The translations under genes were made by a program, and so were the position numbers. The notes beneath the pieces were generated by a model, which was given only the letters and a program-made list of their open reading frames with translations, was not told where the DNA came from and searched no databases. From positions 32,001-96,000 of the IMG/VR virus record IMGVR_UViG_3300035698_012088: a stretch of DNA of 64,000 nt; one strand, 5' to 3'. This document shows, piece after piece, positions 10,116-19,130 of this stretch (position 1 is the first letter of the stretch; the number at the start of each line of letters is the position of its first letter). Source of the stretch: a virus.

Positions 10116-10144
10116 TTGAATAGTTCAACTAAAGAATATATAGT
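10116..10144 (+). promoter_or_regulatory. Sigma70-like promoter
   Basis: TTGAAT-17 bp-TATAGT; -35 lies in the dyad GTTGAA-TAG-TTCAAC. Confidence 0.5.
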
Positions 10145-10191
10145 ATAGGTAGATAGTCTGAAATATAGACTAAACAATAGGAGATTACATT

Positions 10192-10617
10192 ATGGCTTTA
10201 TCAGTTGAAGGATATTGCGGCGTTCAAATTGAATTTGATCAAGATGGCGCTGGAGCAAAAGACGTGGCCACTGCTTCCTCAGTAGAGGCTAGTTGGCAAA
10301 CACCTGCATCTCTATGGGATGATGGGGTATCAAAGTATATTTTCTGGGGAGACACCACAGGGCAATTCCAGGCATTTGACTTACAAACTACTGCTGAATA
10401 TGGAACTGCTTCTACAGTCTATTCAGCATTCAGTTCTGGAGCAACAGGGGGAACAGGTACTGTTTTCTTCCCCAAGGGAGCAGCAAAGATTGTCTGGCAT
10501 TTCGTAGCCAACTTATTTGACATGAATGTTAAAGCACGGAGACTTAAACAGCTTGGTGACATTTATGCTATGGAAGGTGCTTGGCAGTGGCAGATCTTAG
10601 AAGCTAATGCAGGCTAA
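10192..10617 (+). CDS. Putative tail tube-like structural protein
   Basis: AGGAG RBS; small, beta-rich, Gly/Ala/Thr-rich; position. Confidence 0.45.
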   Translation: MALSVEGYCGVQIEFDQDGAGAKDVATASSVEASWQTPASLWDDGVSKYIFWGDTTGQFQAFDLQTTAEYGTASTVYSAFSSGATGGTGTVFFPKGAAKIVWHFVANLFDMNVKARRLKQLGDIYAMEGAWQWQILEANAG

Positions 10618-10643
10618 TACTGGACAATAAGGAGATTATTTAA

Positions 10644-11018
10644 ATGGCATATACAATTGTTAGTTCAAATCCATCAGTCACTAGTGATGACTTTCCACAG
10701 ACTGGATATATTGTTGGTGTAAACCTTCAGTGGTCTAATAACCTGAGAAAGATCCCTACACTTGGTGGATCTAAAAATGTACCCGACATTCCAAAGGGTC
10801 AGATTTCTGTTACTTTCCTAGTACCCCCAACAGGGCTATGGTCAGGATATACAGATCTCTGCGTCACCGGCTCAACCAAAGTCGTGGATATTAATGGAGC
10901 TAAATACAACAACACCTATAGAACAGGTGGGTCTTTAGCTACCCAGGAATTCGGAGAAGGTCTTAAAACAGTTGCTGTTACACTAGTTTATAGTGTATTC
11001 GGTGAGTGCTCTGGCTAA
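10644..11018 (+). CDS. Putative tail tube-like structural protein
   Basis: TAAGGAG RBS; VNLQWS....IPTLGG...GQISV resembles tube-fold proteins. Confidence 0.45.
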   Translation: MAYTIVSSNPSVTSDDFPQTGYIVGVNLQWSNNLRKIPTLGGSKNVPDIPKGQISVTFLVPPTGLWSGYTDLCVTGSTKVVDINGAKYNNTYRTGGSLATQEFGEGLKTVAVTLVYSVFGECSG

Positions 11019-11037
11019 TAGCTAGAAAATTAAATGA

Positions 11038-11083
11038 GGAATAGTGAGGTTGTTATTTGTAATATAGTAGCAACCTCACTTCC
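11038..11083 (+). other. Long intergenic stem-loop (possible RNA processing/stability element)
   Basis: AGTGAGGTTGTTA...TAGCAACCTCACT inverted repeat extended by GGAA/TTCC; no U tract. Confidence 0.6.
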
Positions 11084-11097
11084 ACATAAGGGAAAGC

Positions 11098-11652
11098 ATG
11101 GCATTATATACAGGTACTTTAGGATTCACTTTAGCAAATGTAGAAGGACCTACTGCTGATCCCACTCCCTTTAGCGTAGTAATTCCTATTTTTTTAGAAT
11201 CATTAGCTATTAAAAGTGACATTTCTTTTAGATCTATTCCTTATGTGGAAAAGGTAGGATCTTATGCTCCATCCTTAGAGTTTTATCAGGCAGCAGTCCC
11301 TGGAGGGGGTTCTATAGCTTTATCGGGACTATTTGCAGCAGATCCAACTACAGCATCCCCAGCTACAGCAGCAGGAGCCAAGAAGGAATCTAGAGCTAGG
11401 GCTTTTGCTGCCTTAAAAATAGTAGGGCAGGAATATACTCCGCACCCAACCTCAAAACCAGCTGGTATGTATAAGATGACTTTAACAGTAACAGATTCTA
11501 CAGGGGAATCTGGAGCCCAAACTCTTACAAAAAACATGTATGGAGCCTTTTGTACTGGAGCTACTTTAGTGGCAGAGCAATTTGGTGGATGTATGTTATA
11601 CAGAGGAACTTTAGTATATAAGTTCAAGTTTATGAGAAATGTAGCAATCTAG
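11098..11652 (+). CDS. Putative tail structural protein (tube-fold-like)
   Basis: G.GSIALSGL strand pattern; directly upstream of chaperone pair. Confidence 0.4.
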   Translation: MALYTGTLGFTLANVEGPTADPTPFSVVIPIFLESLAIKSDISFRSIPYVEKVGSYAPSLEFYQAAVPGGGSIALSGLFAADPTTASPATAAGAKKESRARAFAALKIVGQEYTPHPTSKPAGMYKMTLTVTDSTGESGAQTLTKNMYGAFCTGATLVAEQFGGCMLYRGTLVYKFKFMRNVAI

Positions 11653-11661
11653 GAGAATTAA

Positions 11662-12180
11662 ATGGAAACAGAAGAAGAAGAAGTGGAAAAAGAGATCAAG
11701 TGTGAAATTTGTGAGCATGTATTAGGTAAAGATACTGTGGTAGATGAAGACGATGTTAAAGAGTATGTGAGGAGCATATTAGGAAATACTACATTTACAA
11801 AGAAGTATTCTGTTTTCAAGGGAACACTGGATGTTACTTTTAAATCCTTAACAGCTATGCAGACAGAGAATCTTAATTCAGCTTTATCTTCTATATTCAA
11901 AAATACAGAAGCTGGAGATGAGGCTATACATATAGACAAAGGTGCCAAGTATAAGCTAGTTTATTACTTAGCTGAATATGGTGACAAGAAGTTTGAACCT
12001 GTGCCCCCTAGTATTAAGGTGGAAGATTTAGAGAAGTTATACCAAGAGAGACTTGGAGGAGTCAACTCTAATCTTGTAGAGCTTTTTATAAAGGTGCTTA
12101 TAGAATTTGTTAGATTACAGAAACTCTTAGTAGAGACTGGACTTGACTCAAATTTTTGGAAGGGCGCTGGACTTCATTAG
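11662..12180 (+). CDS. Putative tail assembly chaperone (lambda gpG-like position)
   Basis: AGGAG RBS; VTFKSLT..Q motif; slippery heptamer near its 3' end. Confidence 0.6.
   Translation: METEEEEVEKEIKCEICEHVLGKDTVVDEDDVKEYVRSILGNTTFTKKYSVFKGTLDVTFKSLTAMQTENLNSALSSIFKNTEAGDEAIHIDKGAKYKLVYYLAEYGDKKFEPVPPSIKVEDLEKLYQERLGGVNSNLVELFIKVLIEFVRLQKLLVETGLDSNFWKGAGLH
12150..12156 (+). promoter_or_regulatory. Predicted -1 ribosomal frameshift site A-AAT-TTT
   Basis: In-register X-XXY-YYZ heptamer; the -1 frame is open from 12147 to 12521. Confidence 0.65.
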
Positions 12181-12521
12181 TTTTAGGCGCCCTGTCTCGC
12201 AATATGATTGACTTTTCCAGTATAACTAGAGACGATCCATCTAGTATACTAAGAGAGTCTCTAATATTGAAGTCTACAGAGATAGAGAAGAGATTGGCTT
12301 TTAAGCAATTTAAGATGTCATGTCAGATAGCTAATTTTTTGGACTCTTCTTCTAATTTAACGGATAGTGAAGTAGATACAGCTTGTAATGAGTATTTGGA
12401 TTTACAGCTTCCTTGGCAACATGAGCTAAGAGAGGCTTCTCTAGAGCAGAAGAATCCAGGATTGGCATCGTTTCTAGATCAATTTAAACAGGTTCAAAAT
12501 GAAGAATCTCCTGAAGGATAG
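12156..12521 (+). CDS. Frameshift extension of tail assembly chaperone (gpT-like)
   Basis: -1 frame relative to the upstream gene; only a TTG start with no obvious RBS. Confidence 0.6.
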   Translation: MEGRWTSLVLGALSRNMIDFSSITRDDPSSILRESLILKSTEIEKRLAFKQFKMSCQIANFLDSSSNLTDSEVDTACNEYLDLQLPWQHELREASLEQKNPGLASFLDQFKQVQNEESPEG

Positions 12522-14502
12522 TTTAAAGTTTTTGTTCTCTGAGCAGGAACTTGCTTTATTCATCCTACTTTTAGCAGAATCACTTTTGTCCTCTACCTTA
12601 TCTGAAGATGCTGAATTACTTAGGGCTAAGAAACAGCTTTTAACAGAAGAGTTTGAAGAGTCCCTCCCTTTAGAGGACTACATCCTATCTAGTAGGAAGA
12701 ATTTAACTTCTCAGAGAATCCCCCAGCTTACAACTGTCCTTCCATTCATAGAAGATGACATAACTACCCATAGCATCTTCACAGAGATGCCAGAGAGATC
12801 TTTACAGAAGGTTAAGGAGCTTTATAGAGGCTTGAGCCCCACTGGTAAGAAAAACTCCTTAGAGGCCTTTAAAACAAGGCTCACCAGAACTCCCTTATCA
12901 AAAGACTCTACCAAGATAAAAATAGATACATCTATTACAAATGTGGATCTTTTTTCAGCTCTATTAGATCCTACAGAAGATAGTTCTCTTTTTGATAGAT
13001 ATAAATCTGCAAAAGAATTCTCAAAAAGCCCTTACTATGCTTTATTTGATGAGAGAGAGTTAGAGTCTAGTAAGATAAGTGTCCCAGCATTTCATCCACA
13101 AGTATCTGTAGCTGGGGAGTTACCTTTGTTTTCTCAGAGTGAGCAGCAGATCAAAAGAGAGGTACTACTTATGGAAGTTATTGCTGCATCTTTTGTACAG
13201 GCTATATCAATACCTCCTATAAACACTACCCCTATAGAGGACATAGTTCCAGATCTAGATATATTTACATTTGATGAAGCAGAAAACTATGAATCTCTAA
13301 TTCCTGAAATTTCTAAAAGAGTTGATATAGAGGATACTGAAGATATAGAGTTTGTAGAAGAAGAATCTCTGTATCTTCCAGAGTATATAGAAATAGAGAA
13401 TTATAAGAAAGATATCTACAAAGCCTCTGAAAGAAAAGATAAGCAGCCTAGAAAAAACTTAGATCTTCAAAAAGAGATAGTATCTGATACTTTCTTTGAA
13501 GACCTCCTTGTGGAAGGTTCTGAGTTAATGGACTTAGACGAGAATTTAACAGATAGCTCTAGACTCCTAAGGGAAGGATTAAGAACTTTATCTCCAGAAC
13601 CTACTGTGTATAAGGTACCTTTCTTAGCTAAGATTGTTCCAGAAGATGAATACCTGCTACTGAAGTCTGTTGAATATATGGGAAAGAAAACAGATTTGAA
13701 TAGACTTCCTAATCCTGACTATTTAGATATAGCTACTCCAGAAACAGTGTTTACTTCTACACAGATGTCTTCTATTCTATCTTCAACCGGTCCCTCAACA
13801 ATCTCTAATATACCTATTACTAGTAGAGATCCTAAAAAGACATATAAAGGTATTGCTGGTGTAGCAGCAGAGAAAGAAGTAGTTATTGGAGAGAGTAAAA
13901 GAGAAGTTGTTATTCCCTTTGGGATCTCTAAGCAGCAGACAAGAGAAATTCTAAAACTCGCCAATTCAAGAGTTGAGGCTAAATTATTCCAGACAGCCAT
14001 TAATACAGGTAGAGTAGGGGGAGTAGATATAGTTGATGTGGGAACCTCAGGTCTAACAAAAAAAGATCTATTAGACAATTCCAATAAGGAAGCCAGGAAA
14101 CTATTAAATGATAAAGTAGAAAAGGCTCAAGTTTCCACTTTAAGTTCTTTATCCAAAGAAGATCTGGCCTCTGCAGTAAATATAAATCAATTAGAAGATA
14201 TAAAGAAAGGTATCCCAAAGAAACCTTCCCCAGAAGAACAACTACTAGCCACGGAGATCTCGGATATTCAAGAAATTGTAGAGAAGAATCCCCAATTGTC
14301 TTATGATCAGGCTGTGGATGAGAACTTTGAAGATAGACCTAGAGCTAAGCTACAATATGAAGAAGAGATACAAGAGAGAGCCACTAAGAAGCAAACCGTG
14401 AATGCAACTGCAGTTTTGTCAGATGGTTCTGAAGAAGGAGTAATTGAGAGCAGATTAGCAATGGTTGAAAAGAAGATAGAAAGATTAGCAGGTAACGAAT
14501 AA
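12499..14502 (+). CDS. Tape-measure-position protein, acidic and helical
   Basis: Follows chaperone pair; VVIGESKREVVIPF resembles the GEaGpEaViPl motif of tape measure C-termini. Confidence 0.45.
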   Translation: MKNLLKDSLKFLFSEQELALFILLLAESLLSSTLSEDAELLRAKKQLLTEEFEESLPLEDYILSSRKNLTSQRIPQLTTVLPFIEDDITTHSIFTEMPERSLQKVKELYRGLSPTGKKNSLEAFKTRLTRTPLSKDSTKIKIDTSITNVDLFSALLDPTEDSSLFDRYKSAKEFSKSPYYALFDERELESSKISVPAFHPQVSVAGELPLFSQSEQQIKREVLLMEVIAASFVQAISIPPINTTPIEDIVPDLDIFTFDEAENYESLIPEISKRVDIEDTEDIEFVEEESLYLPEYIEIENYKKDIYKASERKDKQPRKNLDLQKEIVSDTFFEDLLVEGSELMDLDENLTDSSRLLREGLRTLSPEPTVYKVPFLAKIVPEDEYLLLKSVEYMGKKTDLNRLPNPDYLDIATPETVFTSTQMSSILSSTGPSTISNIPITSRDPKKTYKGIAGVAAEKEVVIGESKREVVIPFGISKQQTREILKLANSRVEAKLFQTAINTGRVGGVDIVDVGTSGLTKKDLLDNSNKEARKLLNDKVEKAQVSTLSSLSKEDLASAVNINQLEDIKKGIPKKPSPEEQLLATEISDIQEIVEKNPQLSYDQAVDENFEDRPRAKLQYEEEIQERATKKQTVNATAVLSDGSEEGVIESRLAMVEKKIERLAGNE

Positions 14503-14957
14503 TGGGATGGTCATTAAAACAATCCGGTAAGAAGTGGATACTTAAGTATTTAACAGCTGAGTATAAATACGAAGATGTAGACCTGGTCCCCTCTTCTCCA
14601 GATGGTAAAACTAAACTAGTGGCAAGGTATCTTAGAATGGCGTATACTATGACTTTATATTTAGATGAGGAGAATACTGATGTGGCCCCAGGAAAGGTAG
14701 GAAAAGATCTTGCAGATAACATATGTATAGTAGATGCCAAAGGAAATATAAAAGCAACAAAGAAACCGGGCTTAAGACCTATAATTAGACCTACTGATGT
14801 AACTATAGATTATGAAGAGGGTGGAGAGTGGTACGTGGACTCTGTAAGTATAGACTATGATTTATTTAGAGATGGTTGGACAACTACAATGGTATTATAT
14901 GGTTCCTGGAACAAGAAGATAAGAAAAGGCATCTATACAAAGATAAGGGGTATATAA
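14502..14957 (+). CDS. Hypothetical tail/baseplate protein
   Basis: TAATG coupling on both sides; GEWYVDSVSIDY beta pattern. Confidence 0.45.
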   Translation: MGWSLKQSGKKWILKYLTAEYKYEDVDLVPSSPDGKTKLVARYLRMAYTMTLYLDEENTDVAPGKVGKDLADNICIVDAKGNIKATKKPGLRPIIRPTDVTIDYEEGGEWYVDSVSIDYDLFRDGWTTTMVLYGSWNKKIRKGIYTKIRGI

Positions 14958-15343
14958 TGGCTTCAGCAGAGTTTACAGGAGATTGGTATTTGATCAAAAC
15001 AGAAAAAGAGTATGAATATGATCAAAGAACCACACATAGAAAAAATGAATATAGATCTCGGGTAGCTAGAAGAAAACTAACAAAGTATACCTGGTTTAGA
15101 AGAACAGATGCTTTTGTACTAGCCGGAACTAAAGAAGAAGGGATCATGATAGAGGCTTTAAAAGGTCTAGTTAATGATACCTCCCCCTCTGAGGAATATG
15201 GGGCTAGAATAGAAGATTTAAGAATTGGATTTGATGCAGCAACAGGTGTTACAGAAATGTTAGCTGTGATAAAAGAAAGAGGTGGAACTTGGCAACCTTA
15301 TGGGGAAGAGACGGTTACAATTATAGGGGCTCCTAATGGCTGA
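14957..15343 (+). CDS. Hypothetical tail/baseplate protein
   Basis: Start moved from 14876 to the TAATG-coupled ATG at 14957. Confidence 0.5.
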   Translation: MASAEFTGDWYLIKTEKEYEYDQRTTHRKNEYRSRVARRKLTKYTWFRRTDAFVLAGTKEEGIMIEALKGLVNDTSPSEEYGARIEDLRIGFDAATGVTEMLAVIKERGGTWQPYGEETVTIIGAPNG

Positions 15344-16286
15344 GATACCCAAACCAGATGGTCTAAATGTAGGAAAAGGCTATGGAGGAAGAGTAGCTCC
15401 TGAGATAGACTGGATAAAAAGAATGGATGGGCTTGTTAATAAGGCACATTCTAAAACTTTATCTATGACTATTCCTGAAGACCCCGCTCAAGGACTTCAA
15501 ATAGAAGATACAGAATCTGACTTTAATGGAGGTCCTTTTTATCCTTTTGTTAGAACAACAGCGGGATGGGGTACTAATGATATGCTATGGATTGGTGATT
15601 CAGGTTTAGAAGCTCCAGAAGATTCTAAAGTTAGAGTTTCTAAAAGAAGCGCTACTTCTCCTGGAGTTCTTATGATTAACAAAGCTGTAAGAACCTTTAC
15701 TGAGAAAGATATAGTGGATATAACTAGTGACGCTGTTTGGGCACCAGATGGACCTGCACCAGGAGTTCCTGAAGATCCTGGTCCGCCTATAGTCCCGGCA
15801 ATCTCAGCTGACTTAACCAGATTACTTCTCATGAGAGTAGATTCTGTTGATCCTGGGGCTGCCTTAGAAGTTAATAGAGTTGTCATATCCTTTCATGCAA
15901 TTCTCCCAGCAAGTTTAGCAGTTATGCCTGATTGGAAAGATACTTCTAGTAGAATTCATTTTCCTTTAGGGTGGATAACAATTGGATCAGCCAGTAGTGG
16001 GGAAGACTCTAAATTAGTTGTTGAGGATATAACTTGGGGGAATGAGTCTTGGATACTACAGGGAGGAAGTAGCCCCAATCAAGCTATAGTCCAAATCACA
16101 AGTGGTACAGGAGATACCTATGAAGGAAATGTTTTTGGGGATGGACCTGATGAAACAGCTACAATAACAGGTGTAGTTATAAAAGTTGTTCAAATAAGTG
16201 CTTCAGACACACTACCAGTAGGTGCTTGGGGATCTGCTCTCTTGATAGATGACGTATATTGGATGGAGGCTCCAATATGCCTCTAG
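15336..16286 (+). CDS. Hypothetical virion protein
   Basis: 316-aa ORF overlapping both neighbours; Pro/Gly/beta-rich. Confidence 0.5.
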   Translation: MAEIPKPDGLNVGKGYGGRVAPEIDWIKRMDGLVNKAHSKTLSMTIPEDPAQGLQIEDTESDFNGGPFYPFVRTTAGWGTNDMLWIGDSGLEAPEDSKVRVSKRSATSPGVLMINKAVRTFTEKDIVDITSDAVWAPDGPAPGVPEDPGPPIVPAISADLTRLLLMRVDSVDPGAALEVNRVVISFHAILPASLAVMPDWKDTSSRIHFPLGWITIGSASSGEDSKLVVEDITWGNESWILQGGSSPNQAIVQITSGTGDTYEGNVFGDGPDETATITGVVIKVVQISASDTLPVGAWGSALLIDDVYWMEAPICL

Positions 16287-17878
16287 AAACCAGTATGAGA
16301 TGGGAGTTTAGTGATTGGGAGACATATGAAGAGTTTGCCTTTGATGCAGATCCGACCCCAGTAACAAAGACTATGTCTTGGGCAAGTTCTTCTGTATTAA
16401 AGGGTAAGTTAAGAGGTATAGTTTTTACGGCATTACTTCAGGCACTACGGGAAAGAGATGCTGTTACTGACCTTACAAACTTTGCCCTCCCAGATGCCGG
16501 TATTATCCCATCTATTTTAGGAGATATAACATATCCTACAAATTCTGGTGCAACTATAATTGCAGACTGGGTAGAAGCATTTGATACATTCTTTTTTAAT
16601 CTAGTAGGTAGTTATATAAACCACACAGATGAGGGAGGAGATTGGGATGGAAAGATTGACATTGACTATACTTGGAGGCCTCCTGTATGGACACCGGAAA
16701 CCTTATTAGTAGAACTAGGTGATTCTGAATGGGTAGATACTGATCTCCCCTTAGCCTCTTGGGCTCACCAGAGATATAGGGCTATAAATCTTTTAAGATG
16801 GGGGTATGATACCAGTTCTATACACTTTAGGAAACAGAATGAAGAACTTTTTGGAGAGCTTTATCTGCCTTGGGCTACAGGGGAAGGAATTGGTGAGTTC
16901 AGAGATGACAAACCCCCCACACTCACAGACCCTCTGGTCTACCCTTTTGCTGGGCCAGGATCAGCTGCAGCAGAATTTGAATATGCTGATGTCTTACATG
17001 AAATTGAGGATGTTGGTGGGACATCTAGTTGGTGGCTTGCTAGTTTCTCTTGTGGTACAGCCTTAGGCGAGCCGGCCAACAACTCAATTGCTACTCTAAC
17101 CACCTCCGTTGACTATACTGGAAATACAAATATTTATGTTGGTGCATCAATAAAGATAAATAATAACCCTGCCTGGGTGCCCCCACCAGGTCAGTTGATG
17201 CCCTTCCCGGATATACGTGGACATATTATTGAAGTAACCCCTACTAAAATAACTTTTGTAAGGAGATCCGGGAACGGAACGTATCTAGACCCTAACTATT
17301 TATCAGGTACTTTCCAAACACTTGTATATACTTATCCCTGGGAAGAGATGCTTGATTGGAGGAATGATGACCTAGTAACATACCCTGACCCAGACCTTAC
17401 TCTTGGAGGAGAGACAGCTTCATCTACTATGGAGAATCTGGCGGCAAAGCAAGTCAGAAGGTGGAATGATAATGCCCCTATAAAGAGCTGGCACCACTCT
17501 ACACCTACTACTTGGTTAAAAGACCAGGCCGCTGAGTTATCTGAGACCATCCAGTATACCTCAGGTTTTACTTTTAAAGTCTGTGTGGGGTTTGTTCCAG
17601 AAACGCTAACACCAGGAAGTCAAGCCACACTGCCAGAAAGATATGATGAAGGAGTACTTAGAATAACCTCTTCCGACACAACCTTGACAGTTCCTGCAGT
17701 TCTCCCTACAGATCTTGTTCCATATATAGGTATATCGAATTTCTCTGAACCCTCTCTCCCTTTTCAACCCCCTCTTTTAGCAACTACTTATGCATATACT
17801 GGATACAGGAATTGGGGCCTTAGGAATATTCTAGTCTATTACAAGTTTAATGTTCCAGATGGATTTAAGTTTCAATAA
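16277..17878 (+). CDS. Hypothetical virion (tail tip/fibre region) protein
   Basis: GGAGG RBS before ATG 16277; aromatic/Thr/Pro-rich, 533 aa. Confidence 0.5.
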   Translation: MPLETSMRWEFSDWETYEEFAFDADPTPVTKTMSWASSSVLKGKLRGIVFTALLQALRERDAVTDLTNFALPDAGIIPSILGDITYPTNSGATIIADWVEAFDTFFFNLVGSYINHTDEGGDWDGKIDIDYTWRPPVWTPETLLVELGDSEWVDTDLPLASWAHQRYRAINLLRWGYDTSSIHFRKQNEELFGELYLPWATGEGIGEFRDDKPPTLTDPLVYPFAGPGSAAAEFEYADVLHEIEDVGGTSSWWLASFSCGTALGEPANNSIATLTTSVDYTGNTNIYVGASIKINNNPAWVPPPGQLMPFPDIRGHIIEVTPTKITFVRRSGNGTYLDPNYLSGTFQTLVYTYPWEEMLDWRNDDLVTYPDPDLTLGGETASSTMENLAAKQVRRWNDNAPIKSWHHSTPTTWLKDQAAELSETIQYTSGFTFKVCVGFVPETLTPGSQATLPERYDEGVLRITSSDTTLTVPAVLPTDLVPYIGISNFSEPSLPFQPPLLATTYAYTGYRNWGLRNILVYYKFNVPDGFKFQ

Positions 17879-17953
17879 CCCTCTGAAAAAAGCCTTTAAC
17901 TATTTTTAAGTAGAATTGGAGATATATTATTAGAATAACAGGACTATATACTT

Positions 17954-18772
17954 ATGGCTAGACGAAATGTAGATATACATTACAGCTTAACAGAAAAGAA
18001 AATCATTTCAGATTCTCTAGAGCCTTACTCTGATGGATCGACCCCCTCTATTTCTTATAAAGAGGAAGTTCTATTCAGACTATATCTATATAATCTGTCA
18101 GACACGGGATACATTGCTGTTACAGATTTTGACTCTACAGATGCTTATTCTGTGGCTGCAGATGATGACTATGATGCAGTGAGCCCAGTTTGGCTAAGAA
18201 CTCCTAATTCTGAGATAAACCAGGTAGCTGATTGGGCAGCTGTTGACCCGGCTAATGGTAAATTCTGTTTTGTTATAGATGCTAACTCAAATGATTTAAA
18301 CACTGCACTAGGTACCTTATCTAGTATTGAAGGTGTTGTTGAAATGCAGATATTGGCAGGGGGATTGGGGTATGTAATTGGAGCCTTTTCTTTTCCAGCT
18401 ATATTCACAAACCTAATAGACTCTGTTGCCTATACTACTATTGATCCCGCTAACTACAGCGACACAGCTTTAAATGCTACAACAATTCAAATGTTGCTTG
18501 ATTTTACAAGCTCTATCCAAGTGGGGGCGATAATAGGAGTAGACATAAGTGGAACCTGGGCCTATGGGTATGCAACTTCAGTAACAGCTGGAACCTTAGT
18601 GGTCTCTGGGATTACACTTACCTTAGGGGCTGGGGATATACAGGGATTAAAGTTTGAACAACTACCTCCAAATGTAGGTAGTCTATTTTATCAAAAAATA
18701 GAAGTTGATGCCTTGGTAGCAGATAAAGCTACATATGAGGCTGCAGTTAAATATGCAATGGCATACAGTTAA
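17954..18772 (+). CDS. Putative baseplate/fibre-attachment protein
   Basis: Beta-rich acidic ORF upstream of the large Ser-rich gene. Confidence 0.4.
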   Translation: MARRNVDIHYSLTEKKIISDSLEPYSDGSTPSISYKEEVLFRLYLYNLSDTGYIAVTDFDSTDAYSVAADDDYDAVSPVWLRTPNSEINQVADWAAVDPANGKFCFVIDANSNDLNTALGTLSSIEGVVEMQILAGGLGYVIGAFSFPAIFTNLIDSVAYTTIDPANYSDTALNATTIQMLLDFTSSIQVGAIIGVDISGTWAYGYATSVTAGTLVVSGITLTLGAGDIQGLKFEQLPPNVGSLFYQKIEVDALVADKATYEAAVKYAMAYS

Positions 18773-18782
18773 GGAGTTTTAG

Positions 18783-19130
18783 ATGGCAGTACCAGAGATG
18801 TCCAGATTAGTTGAAATTAGAGCTATACCTAGTGCTAACACAACATTATACACACATGGGGCTTCAGAGACAAGGTCTTTAAGGCTTATCACCTTGACCA
18901 GTACTTCAGTTTCTGCGGTTACAGTGTCTTTGTGGAAAGTCCCTGATGGGGATGCAGCAGCAGATGTGAATAGAATATTTAATAGCTCGATCCCAGCTGG
19001 AGATTTTATAATTATAGAGTTTGCAACCCCAGGTCTTTTATTCATAGATTCAGGAGAGACATTGGTTTCTCTAGCTACAGTTAACAATGAGGTAAATATA
19101 GAAGTCACGGGGTTTAAGGAGACTCTCTAA
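18783..19130 (+). CDS. Small beta-sandwich virion protein
   Basis: TAAGGAG RBS; TTLYT...LITLT...V.V...IPAG...GETL pattern; coupled to the next gene. Confidence 0.5.
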   Translation: MAVPEMSRLVEIRAIPSANTTLYTHGASETRSLRLITLTSTSVSAVTVSLWKVPDGDAAADVNRIFNSSIPAGDFIIIEFATPGLLFIDSGETLVSLATVNNEVNIEVTGFKETL

